Below, piece after piece: positions 62,316 to 64,000 of a stretch of 64,000 nt of DNA. Location: the NCBI RefSeq assembly GCF_009914755.1, contig NC_060928.1, one strand, 5' to 3'. Below the pieces are notes generated by a model. That model did not search any database and was not told the DNA's origin. It saw only the letters and a program-made list of their open reading frames with translations. A program made the translations under genes and the position numbers. The first letter of the stretch is position 1; every line of letters starts with the position of its first letter. The DNA is from the human T2T-CHM13v2.0 reference genome, Homo sapiens.

Positions 62316-64000
62316 TTAAGAATTGGTTACAGGAGTCTACAGATGGAGCAGGAATAAAAACTGTGCAGTGGATTCCTGAAACTATGTGGGATGAATGTAT
62401 ACACTTTGCTGTTTTTATTGACCTCATTTTCTAAATTGGGGAAATTTTGATGCTGAAACATAGGCTATGTATTTGGACACAAGAAAGTGGGTTAGCCACA
62501 GATTGAACTCAAGGATTATTCATACTCTTGGTTGTGGAAGGGCCTCTGTCTTTAGTAGTTAGATCTTTCCCTGTTAAAATAAGATACATTTTCCTTAGTT
62601 TTTATAAATGTAATCTTTGACTAACCTATTGAATACATGAAAAACAAGGTAACAAAATTTTTTTATGTAAAGGCAGTACTTCATAGTTATATGTACTATT
62701 TAGATAATTTATGCTAAGTTCAGAAATTTAACATACAAATAAAACAATGATCATATTGATTTAATATAATCTATAGTGGAAGTAAAATTAGTTTTACCTG
62801 GGAGAGATGTGAGGAACATATAATTGATGAAATGGACTTCTCTTTATGAACATCAATGAACTATAAATCAATATAATATCTTGTGTAGAGAAATGGAAAG
62901 GTCTGGTACGAACAATGTTATTTTCTTTCCAAATACTAGCCAATTAAACTGAAGTAAAAAAAGGCATGATATAAAATTTATATGATTTAATATGCCATAT
63001 TCTATATTTTGACATCTCCAAATTTAGGTTTTCACAAATATGAATCCATATCTGTTTGCTAAGTACCTTAATTCATATAATTATACCTGTTCAGTAGTTC
63101 AGAAAGCTATATTCATGGACTGAAATTTAAAGGAGGAAAATAATAAATATATTTGTAATAGTTGTTGACAAAAATAATAAAAACATAGAAATAAACCTTA
63201 CTTTCAGGTTTGGTCATGAATATTATGCATGGAAATCCCCAATATTGATGGCTAATCTTGCTTGGTAAAACATGTCTCAAAATTTTCACAAAGGGAGAGA
63301 CCTGGGAGAATTCTGGTTTAGGAGTAAGGGCCTGGACCCTCCTCAGAATGGAATTCCTAGGAGGGGAGCAGGCCCAGTTGTTTCATTTCATCATGGAACC
63401 TGATGCGGGGAAGGTGTCATTCCTCTCTGGTGATGTAATTCTGGTGGCTGGAGGGCAAATATTGAGAAATATACCTTGAATCTACACATCGGTGCCTAGG
63501 TTGGAGCAAGGTACTTAAGTACTGAAGTTAACAGAGAACAGCAGTCAAACGAGAAGGAACATGGGAAGTAAAGAGCTCAGAGCAAGCAGAGTAGAGTGGT
63601 ATGACTTTCATCTAGAGATGGAGTATAGATGCCAAGGTGGCTTTCTATCCATTCGCTGCAAAGGACATAAGCATGTCAGATCATATAGGAGCCAGACTGG
63701 AAGAGTTATGTAATCATTTCTTATTTAAGGAAAAACCCAAACACCTTATGAACTGTTATTTACTCAACTTCTCAAGCTATGCATTTATTTCACTCATTCC
63801 TTCACTTTTATTTATTCACTCACCGAATATATCAAGCTCCCACTAGGTGCATGTAACAGATCTTTCTGACCATCTTGAATGCCTTGAAGCACAAGTCTAT
63901 TTGTTGTCTAGAAAAGCAGATTTTTTAAAAGCTTTTTCCAAGATGTTACAATTCCTGCAGTGTCAGTAAGGGAATTATATTTTCACAAAACTCCCAGAGT

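Overview
This is AT-rich, CpG-depleted human-lineage genomic DNA, intronic or intergenic. A near-perfect AluYb8 (a human-specific subfamily) at 8709-8973 supports the species call. I find no recognisable host protein-coding exon, RNA gene, CpG island or CRISPR array. The supplied ORFs are repeat-derived or chance. A large share of the window is fossil transposable elements: about 11 Alus or Alu fragments, L1PA/L1MB/L1MC pieces, many L2/MIR relics, MaLR LTRs (MLT1, MST, THE1), MLT2, LTR8, an ERVL (LTR16-type) pro-pol remnant, hAT MITEs and a Ricksha-type Mutator element that keeps a transposase remnant. The best structural observations are: (1) an L1PA3-like stub with a 65-bp 3' transduction inside a perfect 15-bp TSD; (2) a young, 5'-truncated AluYb8 inserted at an MLT1 LTR terminus; (3) an L1/Alu/THE1 deletion junction with microhomology; (4) a 34-bp duplication flanking an old L1MC; (5) a templated micro-duplication scar containing TTAGGG units; (6) several repeat-free, motif-dense candidate enhancers. 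I see no evidence for a new biological system. Subfamily names come from recalled consensus sequences, and boundaries of old elements are approximate; confirm with RepeatMasker/Dfam.
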